In this document: positions 33,727-42,728 of the stretch, in pieces
Layout: each line of letters opens with the position of its first letter
Position numbering within the stretch: the first letter of the stretch is position 1
Assembly (NCBI GenBank): GCA_043797305.1
Contig: JAZDPW010000012.1
Span: 1-56,418, forward strand
DNA length: 56,418 nucleotides
Reading direction: 5' to 3'
DNA from: Candidatus Jorgensenbacteria bacterium
GTDB taxonomy: Bacteria; Patescibacteriota; Minisyncoccia; UBA6257; GWB1-50-10
Notes under the pieces: model-generated
Told to the model about the DNA's origin: nothing
Database searches by the model: none
The model's input: only the letters and a program-made list of their open reading frames with translations
Position numbers and translations under genes: made by a program

Positions 33727-35328
33727 TTATCTGATGATTCTTACCTCCGAAACGTGCCACTTATTGATATTTTTGAACCGGTCTGACGGCGTGACGATGA
33801 ACTCGGATTTATCGGAAAAACCGAAACCTTTCAAATCGGAATCGTGAACATAAGTATAGGGAATTGAGTAGAGGAATATTGCCGGCCTTTCATTTACGAT
33901 AATTTCTTCAGCCGCTCCGGCAAGCTCTTTTTGCTCCTCTTCGCCTTCCGCCTGGCGAACCTTCTCTATAAGAGTATCAACTTCCGAATTTTTATAAAGG
34001 GACAGGTTAAGGCCGGGCGAAAACCGCTTCGACGAGTGCCAGAAAGGAAAGAGGTCGAGCGGATGCTCTAGGACATTGCCGAAAAGAATCATTTCGTAGT
34101 TGTTGGTTTTTACAACCCCCTCGATAAACTCGGCGGCCGGGGGAGTAATGACGTTGACTTTATCGATGCCGATGGCGGTCCAATCATCCCTTATCATTTC
34201 GGCGGTCTTTTTCAAGAATTCAATGTCCGGGGTAATAATAGTAAGCTCGATGTTTTCCTCTCCCAAGGATTCGATATACTCTTTTGCCTCTTCGGGGTTG
34301 TAAGACGTTTCAGGCGCGTTCCCGAGCCGGCCCAAGGGACCGTTTACGGCCTCAGCGCCGTTTCCGAGCGCTTCTTCAATGATGCGCCTTTTATTGAGAC
34401 CAACGTCGAGCACTTCGCGAAAATCGGCGTCTTTCAAAATAGGCTTCAGGTTTTCGTTGAAGAATATTGCGTAATAGCTTGGCATCGGAACGAGACTTAT
34501 GGAAGCGCTCGAGGGCAGAGCTTCCGGATTAATGGGCGTAAGACTGCCCACGCTGTCAACTCTTCTCAACTTGAAATCCTTCAGGAGAGCTTCCTGGTTT
34601 TCGTAGAAGATGAAATGAAATTCTTTTAGGAACGGTTTCTCGTCTTGGTAGTTTTCATTGGTCTCCAGATTATAAGCGCTTATGAAACCGTCTTTTCTTT
34701 TGGTAAAGGACTGGAATTTATAAGGGCCAGAGCTCACCGGTTCCAGGTTGTAAGCCGAGAGTCGGAGATTGGCCGCTGGGATGCTGCCGAAGATATGGAC
34801 CGGGATAATGAAAAGGTTTTTCAGATTTTCGGTAAAGTAGGTGTAAGGTGCGGGAAGAGCCAAGCTTACCCTTACTTCACTCAATCTTTCGGCAACCACG
34901 CCTTCCCAGCTTGTGGCATAAGGCGAGCGGGCGTCGGGGTTTTGGATGGTTTCAATCGTGAAAATAACGTCGTCGCTCGTAAGCGGTTGCCCGTTTGACC
35001 AAAGAAGCCCCTCTTTGAGTTTTAGAACGTAGGTTCGGCCTTCGTCTTCCGTTTCGAAACTCTCGGTAATGTCGTAGAGGGAGCTGTAGATGAGCCGGCT
35101 TATGTCCTGGTCGGCTTGATTTTCGGAGATGACCGGATTTACGGCAACGGGTTGGCCGACCATTCCCTCGCGATACGAACCGCCCCGGACGGGGACCCAT
35201 TCGCTCGACTCCTGGAAAGCCAGAGCAAACCTTGTGGTTGAAGCAAGGACAAGAATCGCCCCGGCGATTATGAACACCAAGCGCTCTTTTTTGGTCAGGG
35301 CGCCGAAAAACAGTTTAAATACCGTCAT
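33727..35328 (-). CDS. ABC transporter substrate-binding protein (family 5, peptide/nickel type)
   Basis: 533 aa with an N-terminal TM/signal segment. Overall family-5 SBP-like layout judged by eye. No adjacent permease genes. Confidence 0.6.
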   Translation of the reverse strand: MTVFKLFFGALTKKERLVFIIAGAILVLASTTRFALAFQESSEWVPVRGGSYREGMVGQPVAVNPVISENQADQDISRLIYSSLYDITESFETEDEGRTYVLKLKEGLLWSNGQPLTSDDVIFTIETIQNPDARSPYATSWEGVVAERLSEVRVSLALPAPYTYFTENLKNLFIIPVHIFGSIPAANLRLSAYNLEPVSSGPYKFQSFTKRKDGFISAYNLETNENYQDEKPFLKEFHFIFYENQEALLKDFKLRRVDSVGSLTPINPEALPSSASISLVPMPSYYAIFFNENLKPILKDADFREVLDVGLNKRRIIEEALGNGAEAVNGPLGRLGNAPETSYNPEEAKEYIESLGEENIELTIITPDIEFLKKTAEMIRDDWTAIGIDKVNVITPPAAEFIEGVVKTNNYEMILFGNVLEHPLDLFPFWHSSKRFSPGLNLSLYKNSEVDTLIEKVRQAEGEEEQKELAGAAEEIIVNERPAIFLYSIPYTYVHDSDLKGFGFSDKSEFIVTPSDRFKNINKWHVSEVRIIR

Positions 35329-35336
35329 TTGAAATT

Positions 35337-35549
35337 CTAGGCAATAAAGAGATTTACGATTGCGAGCGCCGCGAATATTACGGCCGAAACTATCGTGCCC
35401 CAGAAAATTCCTTTTTCGAGTCCCCGCCGGGTCTGGTAAGGCGTACCGCCGGCGCCGCCGAAAATGGAACCCATTCCGCCGCCGCGTTCCTGAAGAAGGA
35501 TGAGGGTAATGAGAACTATCGATATTATAACTTGTGCGGCAATTAACAT
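35337..35549 (-). CDS. secG: Preprotein translocase subunit SecG
   Basis: 70 aa, two TM segments, LLQ..GGGMGSIFGG motif. Confidence 0.7.
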   Translation of the reverse strand: MLIAAQVIISIVLITLILLQERGGGMGSIFGGAGGTPYQTRRGLEKGIFWGTIVSAVIFAALAIVNLFIA

Positions 35550-35562
35550 ACTTTAACAGTCA

Positions 35563-35928
35563 TTAATCTTTATGCGTCGATCTTGCAGAAAAGCCGATAA
35601 GGCCATTTACGATGCTAAAAAGCAGGGTAGCAAGAAGGAGTGGAAAATACCCTTCTATTGTAAGGGGATTGCTCAGGATGTCAAGTAGGTAAAGCGTTAA
35701 GGCGTTTAAGACGATTATAAAAAGACCGAAGGTAAGCACTATGAACGGTCCCAGGATGAGTTTTAAAACAGGGCGGAGGATGAGATTTATGGCGGTAAGA
35801 ATAGCGGCTGCGATAAAGAGGGCGACAAAGTCGCCGGAAAAATCAAAGCCGGTTATAAAGTAAGCCGCCGCAAGAATGGCGATGGCGTTGGAGACGACGT
35901 GGAGGATGATATTGCCTAAGAGTTTCAT
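35563..35928 (-). CDS. Four-TM membrane protein (phage holin family 4_2 / DUF360-like)
   Basis: 121 aa. ...AAILTAINLILRPVLKLILGPFIVLTFGLF... resembles PF04020. Recalled from memory, not searched. Confidence 0.45.
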   Translation of the reverse strand: MKLLGNIILHVVSNAIAILAAAYFITGFDFSGDFVALFIAAAILTAINLILRPVLKLILGPFIVLTFGLFIIVLNALTLYLLDILSNPLTIEGYFPLLLATLLFSIVNGLIGFSARSTHKD

Positions 35929-35941
35929 CTTTATATTGTAT

Positions 35942-35986
35942 CAAAAAAAGCGCGCCGAGGGTCAGATACAGATAGACCATCGGCGC
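35942..35986 (-). terminator. Intrinsic terminator at the 3' end of the candidate large ncRNA
   Basis: On the minus strand: GCGCCGA-U-GGUC...GACCC-UCGGCGC followed by GCUUUUUUUGA. Confidence 0.7.
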
Positions 35987-36592
35987 ACGGGTGCTGGATC
36001 GGCGGGGGGCGAAGCCGGAACGTTCCCTCCCCCGGAACACGGGAACGATTCCCGGTTCCTTGGCGTTTCGGCAACGCCCCACCGCCTATGTGGTGCCGGT
36101 AGCACATCGAGAACGCCAACAGGTCCGGAATCCGTGGACTTATACCTGTCAACGCTTCGGTGTGCTACCGGCGGGTGGGGAGCACAGGTCAGGGCCACAA
36201 GGAAACCCTCGGGAATCCTCGGACACAAACCGTGTGCTCCACCACCGTGTATGTACCCGTACTGATGGAGCGCTGCTGACGACCCCTACGTTCCGAGGCG
36301 TGGGGTCAACAGACGGATAAGAAGAACCTCCCACAGGCCTCCTTGCCCGAGAGCGCCTATCAGCAACACTCTACCAGTACGGGTCGGTGTGGTACGAGCG
36401 TACCACTGCTCTGTTTAGGGGAAGAGCTGACCACGTCGTCGCCTTGGCGGCTCGTTGTGGTTCCACTCACTTTCTCCCCAGATCCGTTGGTTGAAGGACC
36501 CGGTCATGACTATCGGCCCTTTTTGGATCGGAGTAGCGCGGTACAACCCGTACCACACCTATTTATGTCAAATAGCTTACCACTTTAGGGTA
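35945..36592 (-). ncRNA. Candidate large structured ncRNA (about 650 nt, unclassified)
   Basis: GC-rich, with only short overlapping ORFs in all frames. Many nested helices. Bounded by its own promoter and terminator. Confidence 0.5.
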
Positions 36593-36598
36593 ATAGCT

Positions 36599-36627
36599 AT
36601 TGTATAGCCCCCCTTTTAGAGTGTCAA
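36599..36627 (-). promoter_or_regulatory. Near-consensus sigma70-type promoter for the candidate ncRNA
   Basis: On the minus strand: TTGACA (36627-36622), a 17-nt spacer, then TACAAT (36604-36599). The -35 hexamer overlaps the gpmI stop codon. Confidence 0.55.
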
Positions 36628-38195
36628 GAAGTCAGTTGCCTAAGCAGGCTCTCGCCGGTCATTTCTTCCGGTTTGGGGATTTTCATAAGTTCCAGGAGAG
36701 TTGGAGCCACATCCGAGAGGATGCCGATAACCGGCATTTTCCGGGGGCTGGTGTCGGGGATGGAAAAAGGTTTTTCAAATTCCCGGGCCACAAGATAAAT
36801 CGGCACGGGGTTTGGGTCGTGAAAAGTTTCCGGCTCGCCGGTCTGGAGATTTAAAACCGATTCGGCATTGCCGTGGTCGGAAGTGACGACAAGAACATGG
36901 TTTCCTTCCAGTACTTCCTTTACCAATCGCCCCAGCTCCTGGTCAACGATTTTTACGGCCTTAAGAGTCGCCTCGTAATTGCCGGTATGGGCGATAAGGT
37001 CGGGGTTTGCGTAGTTTATAAGGATGAAATCGAATCCGCCTTCCCTTAAAGCGATAATCGCCCGGTCGGTTACTTCTTTTGCCATCATTTCCGGATTCTC
37101 CTCGTGCCGGATAGTGGTTTTCGAAGGGACGAGAACCCGGAACTCGTTCGGATAGGGAGCCTCCCGCAGGCCGTTGAAAAAGTAGGTGATGTGGGCGTAT
37201 TTTTCCGTTTCGGCAATCCGGAGCTGGGTAAGGCCCTTATCGGATAGCAGTTTCCCGAGAGGATTTTCCACCTTGCTTTTCGGGAAAGCGGCCGGGGTTT
37301 TTTGGTCATCGGTGTACCCGGTCATCGTGACTACAAAAGTATTTTTAAGGGGTTTAATCGGGAACTTATTGAAATCCGGGTTCAGAAACGGTTCGGAAAT
37401 TTGGCGCATGCTGTCTTCCCGGAAATTGAAGAAGATGATGGTGTCGTTGTCCTTGACTGGGTGCGGCTCGATGACGGTCGGTTCAATGTATTCGTCGTCG
37501 AGGTCCCGGCCGTAAATTTTGTTTATTGCTTCTTCCAGATTTGCCGCCGTTTGATTTTCGCCGGTAATGGTCTGATAAGCTTTTTCGGTTCTTTCCCAGA
37601 GATTGTTTCTGTCCATGCCGAAATAGCGGCCCGTCACGCTCGCGATAACGCCCACGCCGGTTTTGGCAATAACTTCATTGAGTTTTTTGAGAAGAGGAAG
37701 AACCGAACGAGGCGGACTGTCGCGGCCGTCGGAGAAAAGATGAAGATAAAGATTTTGCATTTTCTCTTTTGCCGCCATTTCAATTAAGGCGGCGAGGTGG
37801 TCGAAGGAAGCGTGGACGTTGCCTTGGGTGAGAAGGCCGATGAGGTGAACCGAAGAAATATTCTCTTTGGCGTGGGAGAAGGCGTTTTTAAGTTCGGGTA
37901 CCTGGAAAAAGGAGCCGTCTTCAATCGCCATCGATATTTTCGGGAAATACTGATAGATAATTTTTCCGGCGCCGAGGGTAAGGTGTCCTACTTCGCTGTT
38001 GCCTTCTTCTTCCCAGGGGAGGCCGATGGCGATGCCGGAGGCCTGAAGAGCACCCTTGGGAAATTTCGTTTCCAGTTCCTTTATGGTTTCCAAATCTGCC
38101 TTATAAATGGGGTTTGACTCGTTGAATTCGCCCAAACCCCAGCCGTCGAGGATTGCGAGAATAAAGGTTCTTTTCATTAAATCTAATTCTATCAT
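36624..38195 (-). CDS. gpmI: 2,3-bisphosphoglycerate-independent phosphoglycerate mutase
   Basis: LAILDGWG start, GNSEVGH motif, and C-terminal TSDHGNAE. Confidence 0.9.
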   Translation of the reverse strand: MIELDLMKRTFILAILDGWGLGEFNESNPIYKADLETIKELETKFPKGALQASGIAIGLPWEEEGNSEVGHLTLGAGKIIYQYFPKISMAIEDGSFFQVPELKNAFSHAKENISSVHLIGLLTQGNVHASFDHLAALIEMAAKEKMQNLYLHLFSDGRDSPPRSVLPLLKKLNEVIAKTGVGVIASVTGRYFGMDRNNLWERTEKAYQTITGENQTAANLEEAINKIYGRDLDDEYIEPTVIEPHPVKDNDTIIFFNFREDSMRQISEPFLNPDFNKFPIKPLKNTFVVTMTGYTDDQKTPAAFPKSKVENPLGKLLSDKGLTQLRIAETEKYAHITYFFNGLREAPYPNEFRVLVPSKTTIRHEENPEMMAKEVTDRAIIALREGGFDFILINYANPDLIAHTGNYEATLKAVKIVDQELGRLVKEVLEGNHVLVVTSDHGNAESVLNLQTGEPETFHDPNPVPIYLVAREFEKPFSIPDTSPRKMPVIGILSDVAPTLLELMKIPKPEEMTGESLLRQLTS

Positions 38196-38327
38196 CTTGC
38201 GGGTTTATAAACCCTAAAAATAGGAAAATTAAGAGATTAGCCAAATTGACAAAAGCGAAATCCCGGTTTATCCTAAAAAGAATAAATTCGTTAAAAAAGT
38301 CGATGAACATCAAACTTGCATACTTAT

Positions 38328-39857
38328 ATGATTTTAGGAACCAGTTTGCCGGTGGCGCTGGGTTTGGTTGCTCTTGGAGTTGCGATAGGGTACCTTATTC
38401 GGCGTCAGCTGGCCTTGGGCAAGATATCTTCGCTCGAGCGCAAAATTCAGGAAAAATCTTCCTCGGCCGAGCAAGAAGCTAAAGAGGTCGTTTTGGCGGC
38501 TAAGACACAGGCCGCTTCAATCTTAACCGAAGCTCAAAAAGAAGAGCGGGAGCGGAAACACGAGCTCCGGCGGCTTGAAGAGCGTCTTTTGAACAAGGAA
38601 GACTCGCTTGAGAAACAGCGGGTAGACTTTGAGTCTCAGGAGGGGGCTCTGAAAAAAGAGCAAGTCCAGCTTAAGGAGAAAGAAGAAGATTTCAAAAATC
38701 TTGAGGAAAAAATAAAAGTTGAACTGGAAAAAGTTTCGGGACTCACTCGGGAAGAAGCGAAGAGCAAGCTTTTTGAAGAAATTCAGAAATCCCACGGAGA
38801 AGAAATGGTTGAAATGCTGGGGCGGTTTGAGCGGGAGAAAAAGGAAGCGGCAGAAGCCAAAGCGCTCGATGTCATCACCTCGAGCATCCAGCGTTATGCC
38901 CGAAATCACGTTGCCGATATCACTACCAGCATTGTTAATCTTCCGAACGAAGATATAAAAGGAAAAATAATCGGCCGGGAGGGGAGGAACATCAGAACTT
39001 TCGAGCGGCTGACCGGAGTGGAAGTCATAATCGACGAGACGCCGGAGAGCTTGCTTCTTTCTTCTTTCGACCCCCTGCGTCGGGAGGTGGCGCGTATCGC
39101 TCTTGAAAAGCTTATTGCCGACGGCCGGATTCAGCCGGCGAAAATCGAAGAGAAGTTTGAAGAAGCCAAAGAAGAGCTTGAGGAGCGGATAGGACGCATC
39201 GGCGAAGAAGCCACTTATGAAGTTGGTATTCTTGACCTACCTAAGGAAATTTTGAAACTGCTCGGCCGCTTGAATTATCGCACCAGTTACGGCCAGAACG
39301 TGCTTACGCACTCAATCGAAATGACTCACATTGCCGGAATGATGGCCTCCGAACTGGGATTGAACGTCGAGGTAACCAAGAAAGGCGCTCTTCTCCACGA
39401 TATCGGCAAAGCGATTGACCACGAGGTGGATGGAACCCACGTTGAACTCGGCCGGAAAATCCTTCAGAAATATGGGGTTGCTCCGGAGGTGATAAAAGCA
39501 ATGGAGGCTCACCACGAAGAATATCCTTTCTCGTCTCCGGAATCGTATGTAGTTGCAGCGGCTGACGCGATTTCGGCTGCCCGGCCCGGTGCCCGGCGTG
39601 ATACCCTCGAAAAATACCTGAAACGACTGGAAGATATCGAGAAAGTAGTGAAAAGCTTCTCGGGAGTGCGGGACGCTTATGCCGTTTCCGCCGGCCGGGA
39701 GGTGAGAGTGTTCGTTACGCCCGAGAAAATTGACGACTTCGGGGCGCTTCAACTCGCCAAACAGATTGCCGGGAAAATAAAATCGGACGTTAACTACCCG
39801 GGTGAGATAAAAGTGACCGTTATCCGGGAAATTAAGGCTGTGGAATATGCCCGGTAG
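38328..39857 (+). CDS. rny: Ribonuclease Y
   Basis: N-terminal TM segment, coiled coil, KH domain (GKIIGREGRNIRTFE), HD domain (LLHDIGKA). ATG 38328 preferred over the track start 38316 (TTG). Confidence 0.9.
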   Translation: MILGTSLPVALGLVALGVAIGYLIRRQLALGKISSLERKIQEKSSSAEQEAKEVVLAAKTQAASILTEAQKEERERKHELRRLEERLLNKEDSLEKQRVDFESQEGALKKEQVQLKEKEEDFKNLEEKIKVELEKVSGLTREEAKSKLFEEIQKSHGEEMVEMLGRFEREKKEAAEAKALDVITSSIQRYARNHVADITTSIVNLPNEDIKGKIIGREGRNIRTFERLTGVEVIIDETPESLLLSSFDPLRREVARIALEKLIADGRIQPAKIEEKFEEAKEELEERIGRIGEEATYEVGILDLPKEILKLLGRLNYRTSYGQNVLTHSIEMTHIAGMMASELGLNVEVTKKGALLHDIGKAIDHEVDGTHVELGRKILQKYGVAPEVIKAMEAHHEEYPFSSPESYVVAAADAISAARPGARRDTLEKYLKRLEDIEKVVKSFSGVRDAYAVSAGREVRVFVTPEKIDDFGALQLAKQIAGKIKSDVNYPGEIKVTVIREIKAVEYAR

Positions 39858-39946
39858 CCAAAAAAGCCCTGATTTGCTATAATAATCAGAGTTTAGACAT
39901 AAACCCAAAAGGTCGATTTTCTCTAAATAAGTCCAAAAATCCGATC

Positions 39947-40222
39947 ATGAAAAAAGACGGTCTCGTAGAAGCAGTAATGAAAGCTGCTGAGATTGAAACA
40001 AAAAAGAAGGCTCAGGAAGCGGTTGAAGCGATGTTTGACACAATTGTGAAAACACTCGGCCGCGGTGAGGAGGTTGGAATTACCGGTTTCGGTACCTTTC
40101 GGGTCGTAAAGAGAGCGGCAAGAATGGGTGTAAACCCCAAAACGGGCGAAAAAATCCAAATTGCAGCTTCAACCAAACCAAAGTTCCGAGCTGGCAAGGT
40201 TTTGAAAGAAGCAGTCAAATAG
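39947..40222 (+). CDS. hup: HU family DNA-binding protein
   Basis: ...GFGTFRVVKRAARMGVNPKTGEKIQI...P.F.AGK.LK. Confidence 0.9.
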   Translation: MKKDGLVEAVMKAAEIETKKKAQEAVEAMFDTIVKTLGRGEEVGITGFGTFRVVKRAARMGVNPKTGEKIQIAASTKPKFRAGKVLKEAVK

Positions 40223-40248
40223 TTTATCTAAACGAGCTCGTTTAGACG

Positions 40249-40296
40249 AAAAACAATTCCGCCCCGACTTGAATCGGGGCGGAATTGTTTTATTTA
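40249..40296. terminator. Strong bidirectional terminator
   Basis: ACAATTCCGCCCCGA-cttgaa-TCGGGGCGGAATTGT, flanked by an A-run and a T-run. It is preceded by a perfect 20-bp palindrome, TCTAAACGAGCTCGTTTAGA (40227-40246). Confidence 0.75.
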
Positions 40297-40327
40297 CCCT
40301 TTTTCCCGCCCCATCGGCGGGAGGGTT

Positions 40328-41236
40328 TTAATTGAGCAATTTCCTCACCAAACTGCTCATTTCAATAAAGACCTGATAGGCATCCTTGATTTTCACCAAG
40401 GAGTCTTCCACCAGATCTCTTATTGACGGGGGTTGAATCGCGAGAGTGCTCGAAGCGCTCTCGTCGGTGCTGGTTGAATTGACTTCTGTTGAGCTTGCCG
40501 TAGTAGTTGCGTTCAATTCTTCCGGCAGGACCGGGGTTACTACAACCGAAGCCGGAGTAGAGGTGGTGGAAGAAGCGTCGGTTAAAATGTAATTTTCCCA
40601 AAAGAGACCCCCCGCTTCGCGGTTCAGGTTCTTTCCCTCGCCTATAATAGTCCCGGCATCATTAAGAAGTTGTCTTAATTCACTTACGCCTTTAATCTTG
40701 GCTTTCTCCAATTTTTTGATATCCTCGTCGATTTTTTGCCACCGGCGTTCGGCAATTTCAATGGCATTCTCTTCCTGGTGAATCAGGAGAAATTCGTTTA
40801 TTTTTTCGGCAATGGGGAGGTAAGTCGTATCGCGCCACTCTTTAAAATCGGTGGCAAGAGCCTTAATTTCGTCCAGGTCGATTTTCGACGTGTCTTCGAT
40901 GGCTGCTTTTTCGCTCTCGTAATAAACGAGGGCGTTGTTTAACTCTTTAATCACGTTTTCACGCCAGGCGTTTTCATCTTCGCTTAAGTTCTCCAAGGCA
41001 AGGAGCTTTATTTTCAGGTCTTTGGCTTCGGAGACGGAAAACTCTATGACCTTCTTGAAAGTTTCAATCCGAAGAGCAAGCTCGCTTCCGCTTTTCTCGT
41101 CTTTGGCAGTGACGAGGTTTTCAACCTGGCCCTTAACGCCTTCGAGGGTTGATTCAAGTTTTGTCTCCGCCCGAACGGCGCTTGCCGGGAGAAAGGTGGT
41201 CGCGAGAATCGTTAATGTGAGTAAAAATTTTTTCAT
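40328..41236 (-). CDS. Secreted coiled-coil hypothetical protein
   Basis: Signal peptide MKKFLLTLTILATTFLPASAVRA, a helical Glu/Lys-rich body, and a Ser/Thr-rich stretch. Last gene of the sigma-factor operon. Confidence 0.4.
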   Translation of the reverse strand: MKKFLLTLTILATTFLPASAVRAETKLESTLEGVKGQVENLVTAKDEKSGSELALRIETFKKVIEFSVSEAKDLKIKLLALENLSEDENAWRENVIKELNNALVYYESEKAAIEDTSKIDLDEIKALATDFKEWRDTTYLPIAEKINEFLLIHQEENAIEIAERRWQKIDEDIKKLEKAKIKGVSELRQLLNDAGTIIGEGKNLNREAGGLFWENYILTDASSTTSTPASVVVTPVLPEELNATTTASSTEVNSTSTDESASSTLAIQPPSIRDLVEDSLVKIKDAYQVFIEMSSLVRKLLN

Positions 41237-41240
41237 AACT

Positions 41241-41705
41241 CTAAAAAATAACCGTTTCAAGGAGAGCGTCTATCTCCGGGTTGGTTGATTCGTCAAGGTG
41301 GATGCCCTCCGCTTCGCCGCGAAGCAGAGAATCGTTTAGGTGTTTTACGTTCGTATTCTCAATCTCCTGCAACGCCGAAACAATGGTTTCGTTGGCTCTT
41401 TCCTGGGATTTGGTTTCTTCAATCTGGGTGTTTATGGAGAGGCCATCAAATTCCTTCTGAAGGGAGCTCGAATTAAAAGACGATGAAAGAACGGGGGTAG
41501 GGGAGAATTCAAAGACGACGGCGGTTACTACGATTATAAGAACGGCAAAAGCTCCAACCACCTTCAAAAACGGCATTCCAAAGAACACATTCTTTTCGGA
41601 TTTGTAATTCAAAATCAGCGCCCGTGACGTCCTTTTAAATCCCGGGTCGGGCTCTATAACTTTCAACCCCTCTAAACTTTTTTTGATATTTTCGCTTGTA
41701 ATCAT
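41241..41705 (-). CDS. Single-pass membrane protein (putative anti-sigma factor)
   Basis: 154 aa with a central TM segment. Its start overlaps the sigma gene's stop (ATGA). The function is inferred from position only. Confidence 0.35.
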   Translation of the reverse strand: MITSENIKKSLEGLKVIEPDPGFKRTSRALILNYKSEKNVFFGMPFLKVVGAFAVLIIVVTAVVFEFSPTPVLSSSFNSSSLQKEFDGLSINTQIEETKSQERANETIVSALQEIENTNVKHLNDSLLRGEAEGIHLDESTNPEIDALLETVIF

Positions 41706-42241
41706 ATTTCTTCAATCAGCTTTTTCAGTTGGCGCAGAGCGCGATGCTGGATGACTCTTATTGCTCCTTCGCTTTTGCCCAAGGCCTCGGCTATCTCTTT
41801 ATTCGAGAGCTCGTCCACGAATTTCATTACTATCACGTCCTGCTGGTCCGGTTCCAGTTTGGCGATGGCGTTTCTCACGTGCCCCAAACTGATTTTCTGG
41901 TCAACCTCTTCATGAAATGCGGGCAACTCCGAGAGCAGGTCGTCTTTCACGAGATCGATGCTCACACTCGGTTTTCTCGTCCGCCAGTGGTCAATCACGG
42001 CGTTCAAAGCAATTTTGTAAAGCCAGCTCGAAAAAGGAAATCCCCGGAATTGATAATTTTCTATTTTTTGCCAAGCCGAGAGGAATACCTGGTGAGAAAT
42101 GTCTTCGGCGTCGGTTTTGTTACCCGTTTTGAGGTATATAAACCTGTAGATTGAATTGAAGTACTTGTCGTAGAGCAACCCGAATGCCTCACCCTCTCTT
42201 TTCCTGGCTTTTTCAATTAAATCCCGTTCTTCCTTATTCAT
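41702..42241 (-). CDS. ECF-type RNA polymerase sigma factor (sigma-70 family)
   Basis: Region 2 (FGLLYDKYFNSIYRFIYLKT..DAEDISHQVFL) and region 4 HTH (LSNKEIAEALGKSEGAIRVIQHRALRQL). Confidence 0.85.
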   Translation of the reverse strand: MNKEERDLIEKARKREGEAFGLLYDKYFNSIYRFIYLKTGNKTDAEDISHQVFLSAWQKIENYQFRGFPFSSWLYKIALNAVIDHWRTRKPSVSIDLVKDDLLSELPAFHEEVDQKISLGHVRNAIAKLEPDQQDVIVMKFVDELSNKEIAEALGKSEGAIRVIQHRALRQLKKLIEEI

Positions 42242-42405
42242 ATGCTAAAACGATAAAATTCCATATATGTTTCTTGGGGCTCCCGAAGGGACCCCCTTGG
42301 GGCTGTAACAAGGCGTTTTTTAAGTGTAACGTTACAAGCGAAATCTATCAAATCGGGCGATTATAAGCAAATTCAGCCTCCTACTGGAAGCTGTTTTTGA
42401 TTGGA

Positions 42406-42479
42406 TGGTGCGGGATGGGAGAATCGAACTCCCGTCCACAGTTTGGAAAACTGTTATTCTGCCACTAAACTAATCCCGC
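42406..42479 (-). tRNA. tRNA-Gly (anticodon UCC)
   Basis: GCGGGAT/ATCCCGC acceptor, anticodon loop TTTCCAA, T-loop TTCGATT. CCA is encoded. Confidence 0.85.
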
Positions 42480-42528
42480 TTTCTTTAGCTATATCAATAT
42501 ACTATTTTTAAATCTCTCTTCATATTTT

Positions 42529-42603
42529 TGGTCGGGCCGCCGAGACTCGAACTCGGACTAAATCCTCCCAAAGGACTCGTGCTAGCCATTACACTACGGC
42601 CCG
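42529..42603 (-). tRNA. tRNA-Pro (anticodon UGG)
   Basis: CGGGCCG/CGGCCCG acceptor (C1:G72), anticodon loop TTTGGGA. CCA is encoded. Confidence 0.85.
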
Positions 42604-42648
42604 CCTCCTCTTTAAATTATCCGATTTACGGTTTAAAATCAAAAGCCT

Positions 42649-42720
42649 CCCCTCGTAGTTCAATGGACAGAACGAAAGGTTTCTAACCTTTTAATGCGGG
42701 TTCGATTCCTGCCGAGGGGA
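42649..42720 (+). tRNA. tRNA-Arg (anticodon UCU)
   Basis: CCCCTCG/CGAGGGG acceptor, anticodon loop TTTCTAA, T-loop TTCGATT. Confidence 0.8.
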
Positions 42721-42728
42721 CAAAAACC

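Noticed and set aside
35945-36592. Tried to assign the large GC-rich RNA candidate to RNase P RNA, a group II intron, or tmRNA.
   Set aside because: The minus-strand sequences GAGAAAGUGAGUGG and AUAAGUCCACGG only loosely resemble the P4 GAGGAAAGUCC motif, they are wrongly positioned, and no complementary P4 3' strand is present. There is no 5' GUGYG with a domain-V-like 34-nt helix near the 3' end. The real tmRNA is at 21958-22277. The region is therefore left unclassified.
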